Positions 18,167 to 28,483 are shown, counted from the stretch's first letter. The stretch: DNA of 64,000 nucleotides from Candidatus Zhuqueibacterota bacterium (GCA_049322915.1 JBMOPW010000003.1:21801-85800); one strand, 5' to 3'. Numbers and translations: made by a program. The notes: generated from the sequence alone by a model not told the origin.

Positions 18167-19042
18167 CTATCTAAAGTAATCGGTGTGCACATCGAAATCA
18201 AAATTTGTCTTGATCCCTTCGAGTGAAGATAAGACTTCGAGAGAATGGGACCGATCTTTTAATCCAATCCCCGTTGCCAATGCGCACACAAATGTTAGAA
18301 TAGCGCTGGCAGTATTGATGAAGACAATATTTTCAGACGAAACTGGAAACACAACATCCGAGAATTCTGCGATGGGTGCGACCAATTTATCTGTAATCGA
18401 AATGACCCTAACGCCTTTTGAATGGGCCATTTCAGCAGCTTCGATCGTGGCTAACGTGTATGGCACCAGGCTGATAGCAATGATGGTATCTTCCTTTTTG
18501 ATGGCGAGAATTTGTTCATGAAAGCTGAATCCACAAGAAGTAAACGCTGCCGCTTTCAAGGTGATCCGATTCAGAAAATAAGCAGTCAGTTGTGATAGAT
18601 GCATGGAAATCCCGGCGCCTATAGTATAAATTTTGGAAGCGGAAACGCACAGATCAACTGCCTTATCAAAAGAGGCTCGGTCGAGTTTATCAAACGTAAG
18701 ACGTATATTTTCTATTTCATTGTTGGCAATGACGGACACAAAATCTGATTTAAGGGGTGCATTATCCAACACGTCCTTGAATTTTTTGGTTGCAGTAAGA
18801 TTATCGCGAAGCCTATCTGAAAGTTCTGCTTTTAATTCAAGGAATCCTTTGTAGCCTAATGCCTGTGCCAAACGAACAATTGTCGCTTTACCAACTTTCA
18901 ATTTATCGGCTATTGTATCGATCGATGAAAAGGCAATTTCTTCAGGATGGTCAATAAGGAACTGGGCGATTTTTTTTTGATTCTTTGTGAGTTGCGAAAT
19001 ATTATTTAGGATGAGTTGCTTATAGGCAGAAATTTCAGGCAT
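18167..19042 (-). CDS. RpiR/MurR-family transcriptional regulator (HTH_6 + SIS domain)
   Basis: 291-aa ORF; N-terminal HTH (IDTIADKLKVGKATIVRLAQALGYKGFLELK) and C-terminal SIS sugar-phosphate binding domain. Confidence 0.85.
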   Translation of the reverse strand: MPEISAYKQLILNNISQLTKNQKKIAQFLIDHPEEIAFSSIDTIADKLKVGKATIVRLAQALGYKGFLELKAELSDRLRDNLTATKKFKDVLDNAPLKSDFVSVIANNEIENIRLTFDKLDRASFDKAVDLCVSASKIYTIGAGISMHLSQLTAYFLNRITLKAAAFTSCGFSFHEQILAIKKEDTIIAISLVPYTLATIEAAEMAHSKGVRVISITDKLVAPIAEFSDVVFPVSSENIVFINTASAILTFVCALATGIGLKDRSHSLEVLSSLEGIKTNFDFDVHTDYFR

Positions 19043-19450
19043 TTAATTCTCTTGAGCTAAACAATTATTTCATTACAAAATTATAATGAAACTATTTTCT
19101 CAAAAATGTATTAAATATTTTTTAAAATGTCAAGGTATATTTTTATATTAACAAGAATTTGGCAGTTAACGATCTCGACATGATTGTGAAGTTGTATGAA
19201 TAGGCTTCGTTAGTCTCGTCAAGAATTAAAGAATGAAATAGTTTTAATTATAATTGGAGGAACGTAAGTATTTCAGAAGTGACTATCTGTATTAGATTGC
19301 AAAAAAGTAATCTAAGATTTTGCCATTGAATAAAATTAAGATAATTAAAATTAATTTTTTAGATAATAAACCACCAATGTATTTCAATGAAAAAATGAAT
19401 TCAAAATTCAATATGAGTCTCGGAGGTGAAATAGCCAGCAGACATTTCTC

Positions 19451-19479
19451 TTGACATAGACAAAAAAAATATTTATATT
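19451..19479 (+). promoter_or_regulatory. Consensus sigma70-type promoter (TTGACA-N17-TATATT), distal copy upstream of the M23 peptidase gene
   Basis: Exact -35 at 19451-19456, 17-nt spacer, -10 at 19474-19479. Confidence 0.5.
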
Positions 19480-19579
19480 TATCCTTCATCAAATCAGCTG
19501 AATGTGAATGTTTTTTTTAAAGTAAGCTGATAATGCAGGAAGAAATAGTGATGACTTTTACAAAAAATTAATTTTTCTC

Positions 19580-19608
19580 TTGACAAACGGTGATTTAGTT
19601 TGTATATT
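19580..19608 (+). promoter_or_regulatory. Consensus sigma70-type promoter (TTGACA-N17-TATATT), proximal copy about 110 nt upstream of the M23 peptidase ATG
   Basis: Exact -35 at 19580-19585, 17-nt spacer, -10 at 19603-19608; shares the preceding tctcttgaca context with the distal copy. Confidence 0.55.
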
Positions 19609-19725
19609 TCTCGTTGCCCAATTTTTAACTCACCAAAATAATTATGTTTCCCTGCCCGGTATGAGGTAATTTATGCTGCTCCCTTTGGTAAAGTCACCAC
19701 TATTAATCAAAACGAGGAGATTGAT

Positions 19726-20649
19726 ATGCGTGACAAGCGTGTAAAGCTGATCTATTTCTCTCTAAGGGGGTCAGAGGTTAAGGACATTGATCTTGGTTGG
19801 AAGAAAGTCTTTCTTTATTTTTCAATGTTATCGGCAATATTGATCATTCTTGTTGCCTTAGCGATTTCACTTTTCACAGATATTTATCATGATACTCGTT
19901 TATCTTCACTCAAAAAGACGAACGAAGTATTGAAATCGCAATTGGGAGAAATGCGTCAGTCGATCGACGTTATCGAAAATAAGGTAAAAAAATTAGAGGC
20001 GAATGCTGACGAAGAGAGAATGATTGCCGGTCTTGACCAAATCGATAAAGAGACGCGGAATTTAGGGGTTGGTGGTCCAAAGGCTGCAATTTTGGATTAC
20101 GAATCGGATGTCCTTCCGCGCGATTTAAGAAAGGATGTTTCTGAAACCCGATCCCTGATTGAGCAGATTGAGAGAAAAATTCAGCTAGTAGAAGAGAATA
20201 AAGAGGAAGTTGAGCATACGCTCGAAACGAAATCTGAAGGCGTCAAACGTCTTCCAACGATCAGACCTGTGCAGGGAGGGAGGATAACTGATCGGTTTGG
20301 AACTCGTATTGATCCTTTTACAGAAAAACCAAGACCCCATAGGGGAATTGATATCGCTGCAAAAATAGGTACTCCAGTTCTTGCAACAGCATATGGGGTT
20401 GTTACAAAAACAGTGCATAGCTATTTACCCAATAAGAATTTTGGGAAATATGTTGAAATTGATCACGGCAATGGTTATATAACGATGTACGCACACCTTG
20501 ACGAGATTTATGTCCGAGTGGGTCAGAAAGTAAAAAGGTGGGAAGAAATTGGAGCAGTCGGTAATACCGGTCGATCGACGGGGCCTCATTTGCATTATGA
20601 AGTAAGAATAAATGATGTTGCGGTTAATCCGTTGAATCACATTTATTAA
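19726..20649 (+). CDS. M23-family metallopeptidase with N-terminal membrane anchor and coiled-coil (EnvC/NlpD-like)
   Basis: 307-aa ORF; LytM motifs HRGIDIAAKIGTPV, VEIDHGNGYITMYAHL, GNTGRSTGPHLHYEV; GAGGAG RBS. Confidence 0.9.
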   Translation: MRDKRVKLIYFSLRGSEVKDIDLGWKKVFLYFSMLSAILIILVALAISLFTDIYHDTRLSSLKKTNEVLKSQLGEMRQSIDVIENKVKKLEANADEERMIAGLDQIDKETRNLGVGGPKAAILDYESDVLPRDLRKDVSETRSLIEQIERKIQLVEENKEEVEHTLETKSEGVKRLPTIRPVQGGRITDRFGTRIDPFTEKPRPHRGIDIAAKIGTPVLATAYGVVTKTVHSYLPNKNFGKYVEIDHGNGYITMYAHLDEIYVRVGQKVKRWEEIGAVGNTGRSTGPHLHYEVRINDVAVNPLNHIY

Positions 20650-20723
20650 TTCATCATCAGATCAGGCTCTTGACCTTTTTCAACGCCTTTTACCTGGCAA
20701 AAAAAATTTTTGGTGATTCGAAA

Positions 20724-20751
20724 ACCCTCTGAATTTTCAGGGGGTTTTTCA
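20724..20751 (+). terminator. Rho-independent terminator after the M23 peptidase gene
   Basis: GC-rich stem ccctctg/caggggg with short loop, followed by ttttt. Confidence 0.6.
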
Positions 20752-20905
20752 TTGAATGTTATTAATAACAAGGCTAACTTGAGATTTGCGTTCCGGGTAG
20801 CGGTGCATTCCAGACAATAATCAATGACAGCCTTGCCGGACGATTCGCCAAAGAGAAATATCTGCTTCAATCACAAAAAAAACTATGTTATCCTGATTCG
20901 AGGAA

Positions 20906-23089
20906 ATGATGAAATTGTCAATCTATTCGATCTTTGTAACGTTGACAGTATTACTCGTATTACCAGATGCGAAGGGGAGTTCTATCGATAGTCATGTTAC
21001 AAGGCCTGTTGGCCCGGGGATCTTTTATCATGAAATCTATCAAAATGAAGGCCCATGGAGCATACGGGTTTTGGAGATTGATCTGACAAATCAATTCGTT
21101 TCTTTAGAGACAATTAAAGCGAATAGCATTGTGGCGGGTAGGGAGAAATTATCCCGAATGGCGAAGTCGGCCAGTTCGGATGGGCATTGGGTCGTCGGTG
21201 GTATAAACGCCGATTTTTTCTCGTCTTCAGGGATCCCACATGGCATCCAGGTCATTGACGGGAAACTACTTACCGATCCGTCAGGATGGTCGGTATTTGG
21301 ATTAACCAGGAATAGAAAACCATTCATCGATAAAATGTCATTACAAGCGAGCGTCGTTGCAGATGAAGGCGTATCCCATCCGATCCATCATATCAATAAA
21401 ACGGGTGCCATAAATGAAATGACGTTATTTTCGAGTCACGTGGGGCCGCATCGTGTAGCCGCTGAAAATTCCATCGAACTTATCCTGCGCTCCACCAATG
21501 GGCAGTTGCACTTGTGCAATACCCTTATTGTCGTGGTGGATAGTATCCTGTCCACGTCGAATGGCTTCGCAGTTCCCGAATCCGGATTTATCCTTGCTGC
21601 GGATGGCAGAGCTCAAAAATTTATTGAGAGCTATGCCGCAGTGGGTGACACCTGGAAAATCTTCATTGCCTTTCAGCCTTCGTACGACATCCTTGAAGCG
21701 ATCAGTGGAGGACCACGGATCATCCGGAACGGAGGCATTTCCGTGGAGAACGCGGATGAAGGGATTTCCGATGCGTTTGCAACTGCACGTCATCCTCGAA
21801 GCGCCATTGGTTTTAACAAGGAGGGCACGCATATCTATTTTATCGCAGTGGATGGCCGTCAGCCGGGATATAGCGTAGGAATGTCGCTGTATGAATTGTC
21901 GGATCTTATGATACAGTTTGGAATTACGGAAGCAGTGAATTTGGATGGTGGTGGTTCTACGACCCTGGTCGTGCGCGATTCTGTTGTCAATCGGCCTTCT
22001 GATGATTCAGGCGAAAGGACGGTTGCAAATGCAATACTCGCTGTGAGCACTGCTCCCCTGGGTCCGCTCAGCACGATTGAAATCGAACCGGAACGGGCTA
22101 AGATCGTTGCCAATTCAGAGTTCGATTTTCGCGTGCATGGTTACGATCAATATTTCAATCCAATCCCAGTCGATCAGAAATCAATTGTGTGGGAGGTCAA
22201 GCCTGGCTCATTTGAATCGAGTAAAAACGGGCTTATTTCTTTTAACTCCAATATTGGACCGCACATTATTATTGCCCATAATAATGACTTGGTTGATACA
22301 GCCTACGTCGACCTTGTGAATATCTCAGCGATTGAATTGCAACCGAACCCCATTGTTTTAGAATTGGGAGGGTGCCAGCAAATGCTGATAAACATTTATG
22401 ATAATGAAGGCTTTAAAATTAACCAGAAGTTAAGTTATAACGCGATCGTTTCAAATGCGATCGGGACGCTGGATTCAAATTTTGTTTTTCAGGCTCAGCG
22501 ACCCGGACGAGGCCAACTCAAAGTAACGAAGGGCGACGTGAGCGGCAGTGCGAGCATTATTGTCGGTGACAAATCCACAACTATCATCGAAGATTTTGAG
22601 GACATTTCGGACTGGACAGTGAGCACATTGCGGGCAACTCCAGAAGCCTGCCAGTTTGTTCTGTCAGACTCTTTCTTTTATATTGGAAGTCATTCGGGAG
22701 AGCTTCAATACCATCTGGAATCAGGAGGAACGAGCGCTGTTTATTGTCAAACGTCGATTCCCGTGTTTGGAGAGCCGTATGCAATAAGCCTCAGCGTTTT
22801 GGGTGATGCTAAAAGTCATTGGCTGCGCGGTGAATTTGAAGATAGAAACGGTCATTTGTTTATCATGGATTTTACTGAAAAAATTCATGGCATCCACTGG
22901 AAAAATGAATGGAAGCATCTTCAGGCAACATTATCTTCATCGCAACCAAGTTGGACGAATCCCTCCGCAACGATAAAATTTCCTATCACCTGGAAAAAAT
23001 TATATATCGCTGAAACAGATGAGAAAGCTAAAAATAGCGGTATTATTTATTTCGATAATCTGCAGGCGGAATATATCCAGACGCCATGA
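20906..23089 (+). CDS. Secreted phosphodiester glycosidase-family protein with bacterial Ig-like (Big_2-like) domains
   Basis: 727-aa ORF; signal peptide; segment AIGFNKEGTHIYFIAVDGRQPGYSVGMSLYEL...AVNLDGGGSTTLVV typical of the phosphodiester glycosidase (NAGPA-like) family; Ig-like repeats in the middle. Confidence 0.65.
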   Translation: MMKLSIYSIFVTLTVLLVLPDAKGSSIDSHVTRPVGPGIFYHEIYQNEGPWSIRVLEIDLTNQFVSLETIKANSIVAGREKLSRMAKSASSDGHWVVGGINADFFSSSGIPHGIQVIDGKLLTDPSGWSVFGLTRNRKPFIDKMSLQASVVADEGVSHPIHHINKTGAINEMTLFSSHVGPHRVAAENSIELILRSTNGQLHLCNTLIVVVDSILSTSNGFAVPESGFILAADGRAQKFIESYAAVGDTWKIFIAFQPSYDILEAISGGPRIIRNGGISVENADEGISDAFATARHPRSAIGFNKEGTHIYFIAVDGRQPGYSVGMSLYELSDLMIQFGITEAVNLDGGGSTTLVVRDSVVNRPSDDSGERTVANAILAVSTAPLGPLSTIEIEPERAKIVANSEFDFRVHGYDQYFNPIPVDQKSIVWEVKPGSFESSKNGLISFNSNIGPHIIIAHNNDLVDTAYVDLVNISAIELQPNPIVLELGGCQQMLINIYDNEGFKINQKLSYNAIVSNAIGTLDSNFVFQAQRPGRGQLKVTKGDVSGSASIIVGDKSTTIIEDFEDISDWTVSTLRATPEACQFVLSDSFFYIGSHSGELQYHLESGGTSAVYCQTSIPVFGEPYAISLSVLGDAKSHWLRGEFEDRNGHLFIMDFTEKIHGIHWKNEWKHLQATLSSSQPSWTNPSATIKFPITWKKLYIAETDEKAKNSGIIYFDNLQAEYIQTP

Positions 23090-23247
23090 GAAACACTTTG
23101 TCCATTTAACGCTTGATTGAAAATCCTTGTGTAAGCCCATTCTCTTCTTCTTCGGATACAAAATTCCTGTTGCATTTTAAAATCGATTTTTTTAACATTA
23201 GGTGTTTCTTGGCAGGCAATCATGATGATAAAAACGGAGGTCAAGCA

Positions 23248-23607
23248 ATGCCAATTTATGAATATATTTGTGAGGACTGTGGGAAAAGGATAAATTTTTT
23301 AGTCCTGAACAGGGACACTTTTTTTCCCCAATGCAATCGTTGCAACAGCAAGAACCTTCGGAGGATCATGTCTCGTTTCGCTGCTATCCGGTCCGAAGAA
23401 AGCCGGATGGAAAGTTTAGCCGATCCCGGGAAATGGGGATATCTGAATGAGAACGACCCCAAAAGTATGCTGAACTTTGTCAAAAAGATGGGCAAGGAAA
23501 TGGGCGATGAGCTTGGTGAAAATTATGATGATCTTGTCGCCGAGGCGGAGTCCGAAATCGAGAATAGTGAGTCAAAGAAAAAAAATCAAGATGATGACCT
23601 GGTTTGA
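23248..23607 (+). CDS. FmdB-family zinc-ribbon protein
   Basis: Starts MPIYEYICEDCGK...PQCNRCNS (paired CxxC motifs); GGAGG RBS upstream of ATG at 23248; the track ORF begins earlier with TTG. Confidence 0.8.
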   Translation: MPIYEYICEDCGKRINFLVLNRDTFFPQCNRCNSKNLRRIMSRFAAIRSEESRMESLADPGKWGYLNENDPKSMLNFVKKMGKEMGDELGENYDDLVAEAESEIENSESKKKNQDDDLV

Positions 23608-23972
23608 GCCAGAGACTTTCAAGCAAAGTTCCGTTGAAGCGGTTTGAATTTAATGTTAGGCGGCGGCGCCAGCCATTCCTGGTGCAGAATAGATGGACGA
23701 GTACATTGAGTCGAGTCAATAGTGCCGAAAATGCAGGGACGCGCTGGGAGTGGCTCTGTAGAATCAGCGGAGTGGCCGCCCTGACGTTGGGAATACTGTT
23801 CTTGGTCGCAATACTGAGTCTACTCACGGCAAGTCTTCGACCTCGAGCCATAAATGGCTGGTGGTCACTACTTCAGAACAACTAGCTCGTCATACTCTTC
23901 AAACTGAATGCCGGAGACGACAGGGTTCAATTCGATCAATTGTACGGGCCGAATCTCCTCGATCTTGCTATC

Positions 23973-24356
23973 ATGGCGCTCGTGGCTATCATGTACTTCG
24001 GCCTCTACGTTGTGCTCAAGAGAACCAGTAGAATCTGGTCCATCGTTGCTGCGGTCATACCCTTTCTGGGGATGGCGCTCTTCATTGTCACCAAACTGGC
24101 AGGCCGCAGCGGGGTAATGGGTGCGGGAGTAGTAATCTCATTCGTCATGCTGCAGAGCAACATCTTTGGCAAAGTCATTGCCTTTGTGGGGGTTCTGGGA
24201 AGCGTGCTCCTGTTGGTAGGTGACTTTGGCACGACAGCAAACTCTCCCTCGACTGTCGTTGCCATCCTCGTAGGTATTGGGTACGTACTTATGATGACGT
24301 GGTTCTTCTTGATTGCTCGAAGGCTCTTCCAATTGAGGCAGAACACATCTAAGTAG
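23973..24356 (+). CDS. Hypothetical small integral membrane protein; start uncertain
   Basis: Three to four hydrophobic helices; no family recognised; no clear RBS. Confidence 0.4.
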   Translation: MALVAIMYFGLYVVLKRTSRIWSIVAAVIPFLGMALFIVTKLAGRSGVMGAGVVISFVMLQSNIFGKVIAFVGVLGSVLLLVGDFGTTANSPSTVVAILVGIGYVLMMTWFFLIARRLFQLRQNTSK

Positions 24357-24425
24357 GATATGCAATCTAACTATCGTGGAAAGGAACGCCGCCCAATACA
24401 AGAATTATCTGTCTGAAGAGTAGGT

Positions 24426-25043
24426 ATGGGATTTACCGAGAAACTGATGGAACAGGGGCGCAAGCCTTACGGTGTGCCGGGCAGAATCATTGGATATTTA
24501 ATGAATCTCAGTCACAGAAGTGTCTACAAATGGGGTCTTGGTTGTATTTCACCCGGGAACAAAGCCATCGTCCTCGATATTGGCTGCGGTGGTGGAGAAG
24601 TAGTCAAATCATTAGCGATGAACACACCAGAAGGGAAAATATATGGGCTTGATCATTCTTCGGAAATGGTAGGTCTGGCGCGGAGAGTGAATCAGACATT
24701 TGTAGACAGCGGCCGGGTTGAAATCAATCACGGTATAGTGTCATCTTTACCATACTCGGATAATAAGTTTGATATTGTTACCGCGTTTGAGACAATACAG
24801 TTTTGGCCGAACCTGGATGCGGATTTAAGGGAAGTGAAACGGGTACTAAAGCCGTTGGGGGAGTTATTGATAGTAAACAGGTATCCTGATTTGGAAGGAC
24901 GGAATGCGGACTGGGCAGAGTTTTTGCAGATACGCTCATCAAAAGAATATCAAGAACGCTTGAATAATGCAGGGTATAGAGATATTTCAATTGATGATGG
25001 TTCGAAAGCGGGATGGATTATGGTGTCAGCGAAAAAGCCTTAA
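24426..25043 (+). CDS. Class I SAM-dependent methyltransferase
   Basis: 205-aa ORF with SAM-binding motif VLDIGCGGGE and downstream acidic-loop region. Confidence 0.85.
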   Translation: MGFTEKLMEQGRKPYGVPGRIIGYLMNLSHRSVYKWGLGCISPGNKAIVLDIGCGGGEVVKSLAMNTPEGKIYGLDHSSEMVGLARRVNQTFVDSGRVEINHGIVSSLPYSDNKFDIVTAFETIQFWPNLDADLREVKRVLKPLGELLIVNRYPDLEGRNADWAEFLQIRSSKEYQERLNNAGYRDISIDDGSKAGWIMVSAKKP

Positions 25044-25646
25044 ATGCCGTTTATCGCTGGTATGCATTCTGGTCAGGCCAGGGCGCTGTCTCCCCTCAAG
25101 GCCGCCCAACAAGCGTATGCACCCGCCTGCCTGCCGCCAGATTTATTAAAGGTTCTGCGCCGGCGAAGAAGCTTGTAAGTGAAGGAAGTCTTGCTGGCCT
25201 TGCAACGGAAGCTGCTCACCATGTTGAAATGGGAGCCGCTGAAGCGGCTCAATTCTTGATCGCGTATCTAAAATCACCAAACTGAAGCATGGTTTTGGTT
25301 CAAAATTGTACTAACACCACGATGTATCGTGATGTTTAAAAATCAACCAGATAGCTAACCAGCCGCTTCAGCGGATTCGGGAATACATGAGCTGATTCGT
25401 TATCATTTTTCCTCAAAAAATTGTGAACAAAATTCATGGTTTTTGAAAGTTAGGCTCTTATATTCATGACACACAAAGGCGGCGGTTTTACGACCCGGAT
25501 CACGCGGGAAGGGCATTGGCCTTCAAATTTAAAACGTTTGTACTCTGACATCGCGCTATCTTTTTTCTTCTCTCAGATAAAAAATTCATTCTCAGACCCG
25601 GATGTATTGTTTCTTTGATGGATTACCGCACCATCCCCACTCCCGA

Positions 25647-26801
25647 TCATTTAATTTTAAACTGCATCCCGGCCATGATAAAATAGTTATCAAACTGATA
25701 GTAGCTGGCATTGGATTCATTCACCAGGTAACCGCCTTCAAGGGACAGGCCGATGTTTTTAACGCCCCAGTTGATGGCAAAGCTTCGGCTCAACCCGCTC
25801 CAGAAAAGAGCTCGCTGGTCTTTGCGCAGGTCGCCGGATACATCCAAATTTCCTTCCAGATCATAAATCTGGCGGCTGTGATAATTTTTCCAATAATAGT
25901 AGGAGCCTATCTCCCATTTAATATAGGCTGGTAAAAAGTGCGTGAAACTTAAAGAAACCTCATGGCCGCTGTAACCGTACCGATCGTCGAACAATTCATC
26001 TTCAGTGAAAAGGTCTTCGCTGTCCATCACCGTCGCGGAGCCGCTCACCAATCCCGGCTTAAATCGGTTCACATAATTGAAACTGATTGATGTTTTCATG
26101 CCCAGGGATTGCGCCAGTTTCACGTTACTCACCAATTGATCCACCGCGGGCATTCTCGAATAATCCACCACCAGGTTTCTTCCTCTCCCCTGCATCGATT
26201 GCAGCGGGATATAATCTTTCAGGCCGTAGTTTACGGACATCGTGATGGACGTTCCTGTTTGAAAAAACGTATTCATCTGAAAATAGACCAGATGCTCCCA
26301 ATAATTGAATTCCGGTAAATTCGAATAACTCCGGTTATTGATGACGTAACCAACGCGTCCGATCAAATTATGATACATGTAAAATTTTGCATTGACGTAC
26401 GCCTGAATTTTGAAATAATCGAACACATCATAATCATCGCGGCCATCGTGCCAATACCAGTTACCGCCAAAAAAATAGGTCGTTCTATGATTCGAAGAAG
26501 CAGCAATGCCATCGTATCCCAGCGATTGGGTATGGTAGAACCGATCCAAATACTTTTTGAATACGTTTAAATCACCCTGGTAATACAACTGGGATTGCAC
26601 TTTTTCACCCTCGATGACATGGCTCAGGGATAATCCCACATTGTCATTCAAATCCGGCAGTTGTTTGTAGTTATAGAATGAATTTGAATAATAGGACATC
26701 TGCTGTGAAACAGTCACCGATGTCTGAGAATGGGCTGTGACACTGAACAGGGCCACTGTGAATAACATCATTAAATAGGAAAGATACCATTGCCGTTTCA
26801 T
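25647..26801 (-). CDS. Putative outer-membrane beta-barrel protein
   Basis: 384-aa ORF; signal peptide MMLFTVALFSVTAHSQ; alternating aromatic/hydrophobic pattern rich in Y/F/W/N; no specific family assigned. Confidence 0.45.
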   Translation of the reverse strand: MKRQWYLSYLMMLFTVALFSVTAHSQTSVTVSQQMSYYSNSFYNYKQLPDLNDNVGLSLSHVIEGEKVQSQLYYQGDLNVFKKYLDRFYHTQSLGYDGIAASSNHRTTYFFGGNWYWHDGRDDYDVFDYFKIQAYVNAKFYMYHNLIGRVGYVINNRSYSNLPEFNYWEHLVYFQMNTFFQTGTSITMSVNYGLKDYIPLQSMQGRGRNLVVDYSRMPAVDQLVSNVKLAQSLGMKTSISFNYVNRFKPGLVSGSATVMDSEDLFTEDELFDDRYGYSGHEVSLSFTHFLPAYIKWEIGSYYYWKNYHSRQIYDLEGNLDVSGDLRKDQRALFWSGLSRSFAINWGVKNIGLSLEGGYLVNESNASYYQFDNYFIMAGMQFKIK

Positions 26802-26830
26802 TTTATCACCTCTATGCTATTTCTAACCGG

Positions 26831-26889
26831 GGAAAAAACAAAAGCAGTGACACATTTTATTGGAATCAGGATGTAGTGCCACTGCTTTT
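26831..26889 (-). terminator. Candidate intrinsic terminator after the Ca-binding repeat gene
   Basis: 10-bp stem aaaagcagtg(26840-26849)/cactgctttt(26880-26889), followed on the minus strand by gttttttcc. Confidence 0.45.
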
Positions 26890-26916
26890 GCAACACGTGA
26901 TTTGCTACAAAGAGAA

Positions 26917-27408
26917 TTACTTACCGGAAGCTTTCAGTTGTTTCTGTGCACCTTTGGGGCCTGTTCCGTCGCATACGCCGGTTCCACCATCAACGCCCAG
27001 CTTGCTTCCTCCGAAGCCCAGTTTTTGGCTGTTGAGTCGGTTCAATGCTTTCTGACCATATTTGTTGCCGGTACCATCCTGGGGTTTCACATAATCGGGA
27101 TCCTGGCAATTTGGGATACCATCGCCATCCGCATCCTGCATGCGATCATTGATGCCATCGCCATCTTCATCGATGAAGCCAAAGCGTTTGCCCTGGTCCG
27201 GGTTGACCGGAACATAGTCAGGATCCTGACCATTGGGGATACCGTCGCCATCGCTGTCCGGGGCGTTGTCATTATAGCCGTCCCCGTTTTCATCGACAAA
27301 ACCGATTCCGTGATTCACGGTTTGAGCATAGGTGTTGCCGCTGTAGAACGCGAATGTGAGTACTGCAACCGCGAAGGCTGCGATCGAGAGTTTCAATAAG
27401 TGTTTCAT
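26917..27408 (-). CDS. Secreted calcium-binding protein with thrombospondin type-3-like Asp-rich repeats
   Basis: Start MKHLLKLSIAAFAVAVLTFA (signal peptide) with GGAGG RBS; two copies of DxDGDGIPN(G/C)QDPDYV; upstream extension in the track is discounted. Confidence 0.7.
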   Translation of the reverse strand: MKHLLKLSIAAFAVAVLTFAFYSGNTYAQTVNHGIGFVDENGDGYNDNAPDSDGDGIPNGQDPDYVPVNPDQGKRFGFIDEDGDGINDRMQDADGDGIPNCQDPDYVKPQDGTGNKYGQKALNRLNSQKLGFGGSKLGVDGGTGVCDGTGPKGAQKQLKASGK

Positions 27409-27738
27409 GGTAAACCTCCAAAAAAGTGTAGTGAATGATGATGATGATTTAGTTACTTTATTTTCAATTTCACATCTGTTCAAGCAACTGACGTGCCACT
27501 TTTTATTACACCTACTTAACTTAATGTAATTTCAAATAGCTAAATTAAATTTCGATTTTTTAACTTTGCTCCGTTCCACAAGTTAATTCGACCTGATAGT
27601 CGAATTTGTCGACCATTTTGTTTTGTCGGACAATGGAAACGATGTGAATTTGGGATATTCTGATTTCGGAAGAGATAGAAACATCCTCGAAGGAATGAGC
27701 GCAGGGTGAATATTTAATTCGATATTCATAAAAATAGA

Positions 27739-27767
27739 TTGACACTTTCAGAATTCTTTGCTATATT
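27739..27767 (+). promoter_or_regulatory. Consensus sigma70-type promoter (TTGACA-N17-TATATT) for the ArsR-family operon
   Basis: -35 at 27739-27744, -10 at 27762-27767, about 40 nt upstream of ATG 27809. Confidence 0.55.
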
Positions 27768-27808
27768 TGCTTCGACAATTATCGAACCAATTCACGGAGA
27801 ATCATTAT

Positions 27809-28483
27809 ATGAACGTCGATGAGAGCATACAAATCATGAAAGCCCTGGCGGACAGTTCGCGATTGATGATTGTGAACTCTCTCATGGAGAAGGCGCAATG
27901 CGTTGAGGAGTTAGCCGAGCGATTCAATCTGGCAGCGTCCACTGTGTCGTTCCATCTCAAAAAGCTCGAGAATGCGCGCTTGCTCCACAAAGAGAAAAGG
28001 CAGTACTATGTTTTTTTCTCGCTCAATCCTGAAATTTTTACATCCACCCTGCAACAGCTCATTTCATTCGAGAACATCGGGAAGTACGTGCAAGAAGAAC
28101 GCATTCTAAAATATAAGGAGAAAGTGATTCATACGTTTTTTGAAAAAGGCAAACTGCGTCGATTGCCTTCTCAGCACAAGAAGCGCTGGATTGTACTGGA
28201 GCAGATCGCACAGAGATTCGAGACAGGAAAAGAATACAGTGAGGCCGACGTCAACGCGACGATTTCCACGGTGTTTGATGATTACTGCTCCATCCGCAGG
28301 GAACTGGTTGACGAAGGAATCATGGAGCGCGACGGGCAGCGCTACCGACTCTCCGAGCGAAAATTTGATGAATCGCCAAAACTTCGTCCCAATAGCCTGC
28401 AACATAGTTATCAGCAAAGTATAAGTCACCGTTCCCGACCGGGCAAAACGACGAAAGGAGTTGAGTCGAATGATAGATCGTAA
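27809..28483 (+). CDS. ArsR/SmtB-family HTH regulator fused to a DUF2087-type C-terminal domain
   Basis: N-terminal winged helix (ALADSSRLMIVNSLMEKAQCVEELAERFNLAASTVSFHLKKLENARLL); GGAG RBS; start taken at ATG 27809 rather than the track TTG. Confidence 0.8.
   Translation: MNVDESIQIMKALADSSRLMIVNSLMEKAQCVEELAERFNLAASTVSFHLKKLENARLLHKEKRQYYVFFSLNPEIFTSTLQQLISFENIGKYVQEERILKYKEKVIHTFFEKGKLRRLPSQHKKRWIVLEQIAQRFETGKEYSEADVNATISTVFDDYCSIRRELVDEGIMERDGQRYRLSERKFDESPKLRPNSLQHSYQQSISHRSRPGKTTKGVESNDRS

Noticed and set aside
19292-19492. 66-aa minus-strand ORF in the AT-rich divergent intergenic region
   Set aside because: Low-complexity Leu/Ile/Phe/Lys composition typical of AT-rich non-coding DNA; overlaps the predicted promoters.
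23604-24356. Two ORFs (23604-23885 and 23940-24356) in the same frame separated by a single TAG, considered as a nonsense-disrupted or readthrough membrane protein gene
   Set aside because: Both track ORFs begin with TTG rather than ATG, the upstream part has no recognisable domain, and the same-frame relationship could be chance; only the hydrophobic downstream part was kept, at low confidence.
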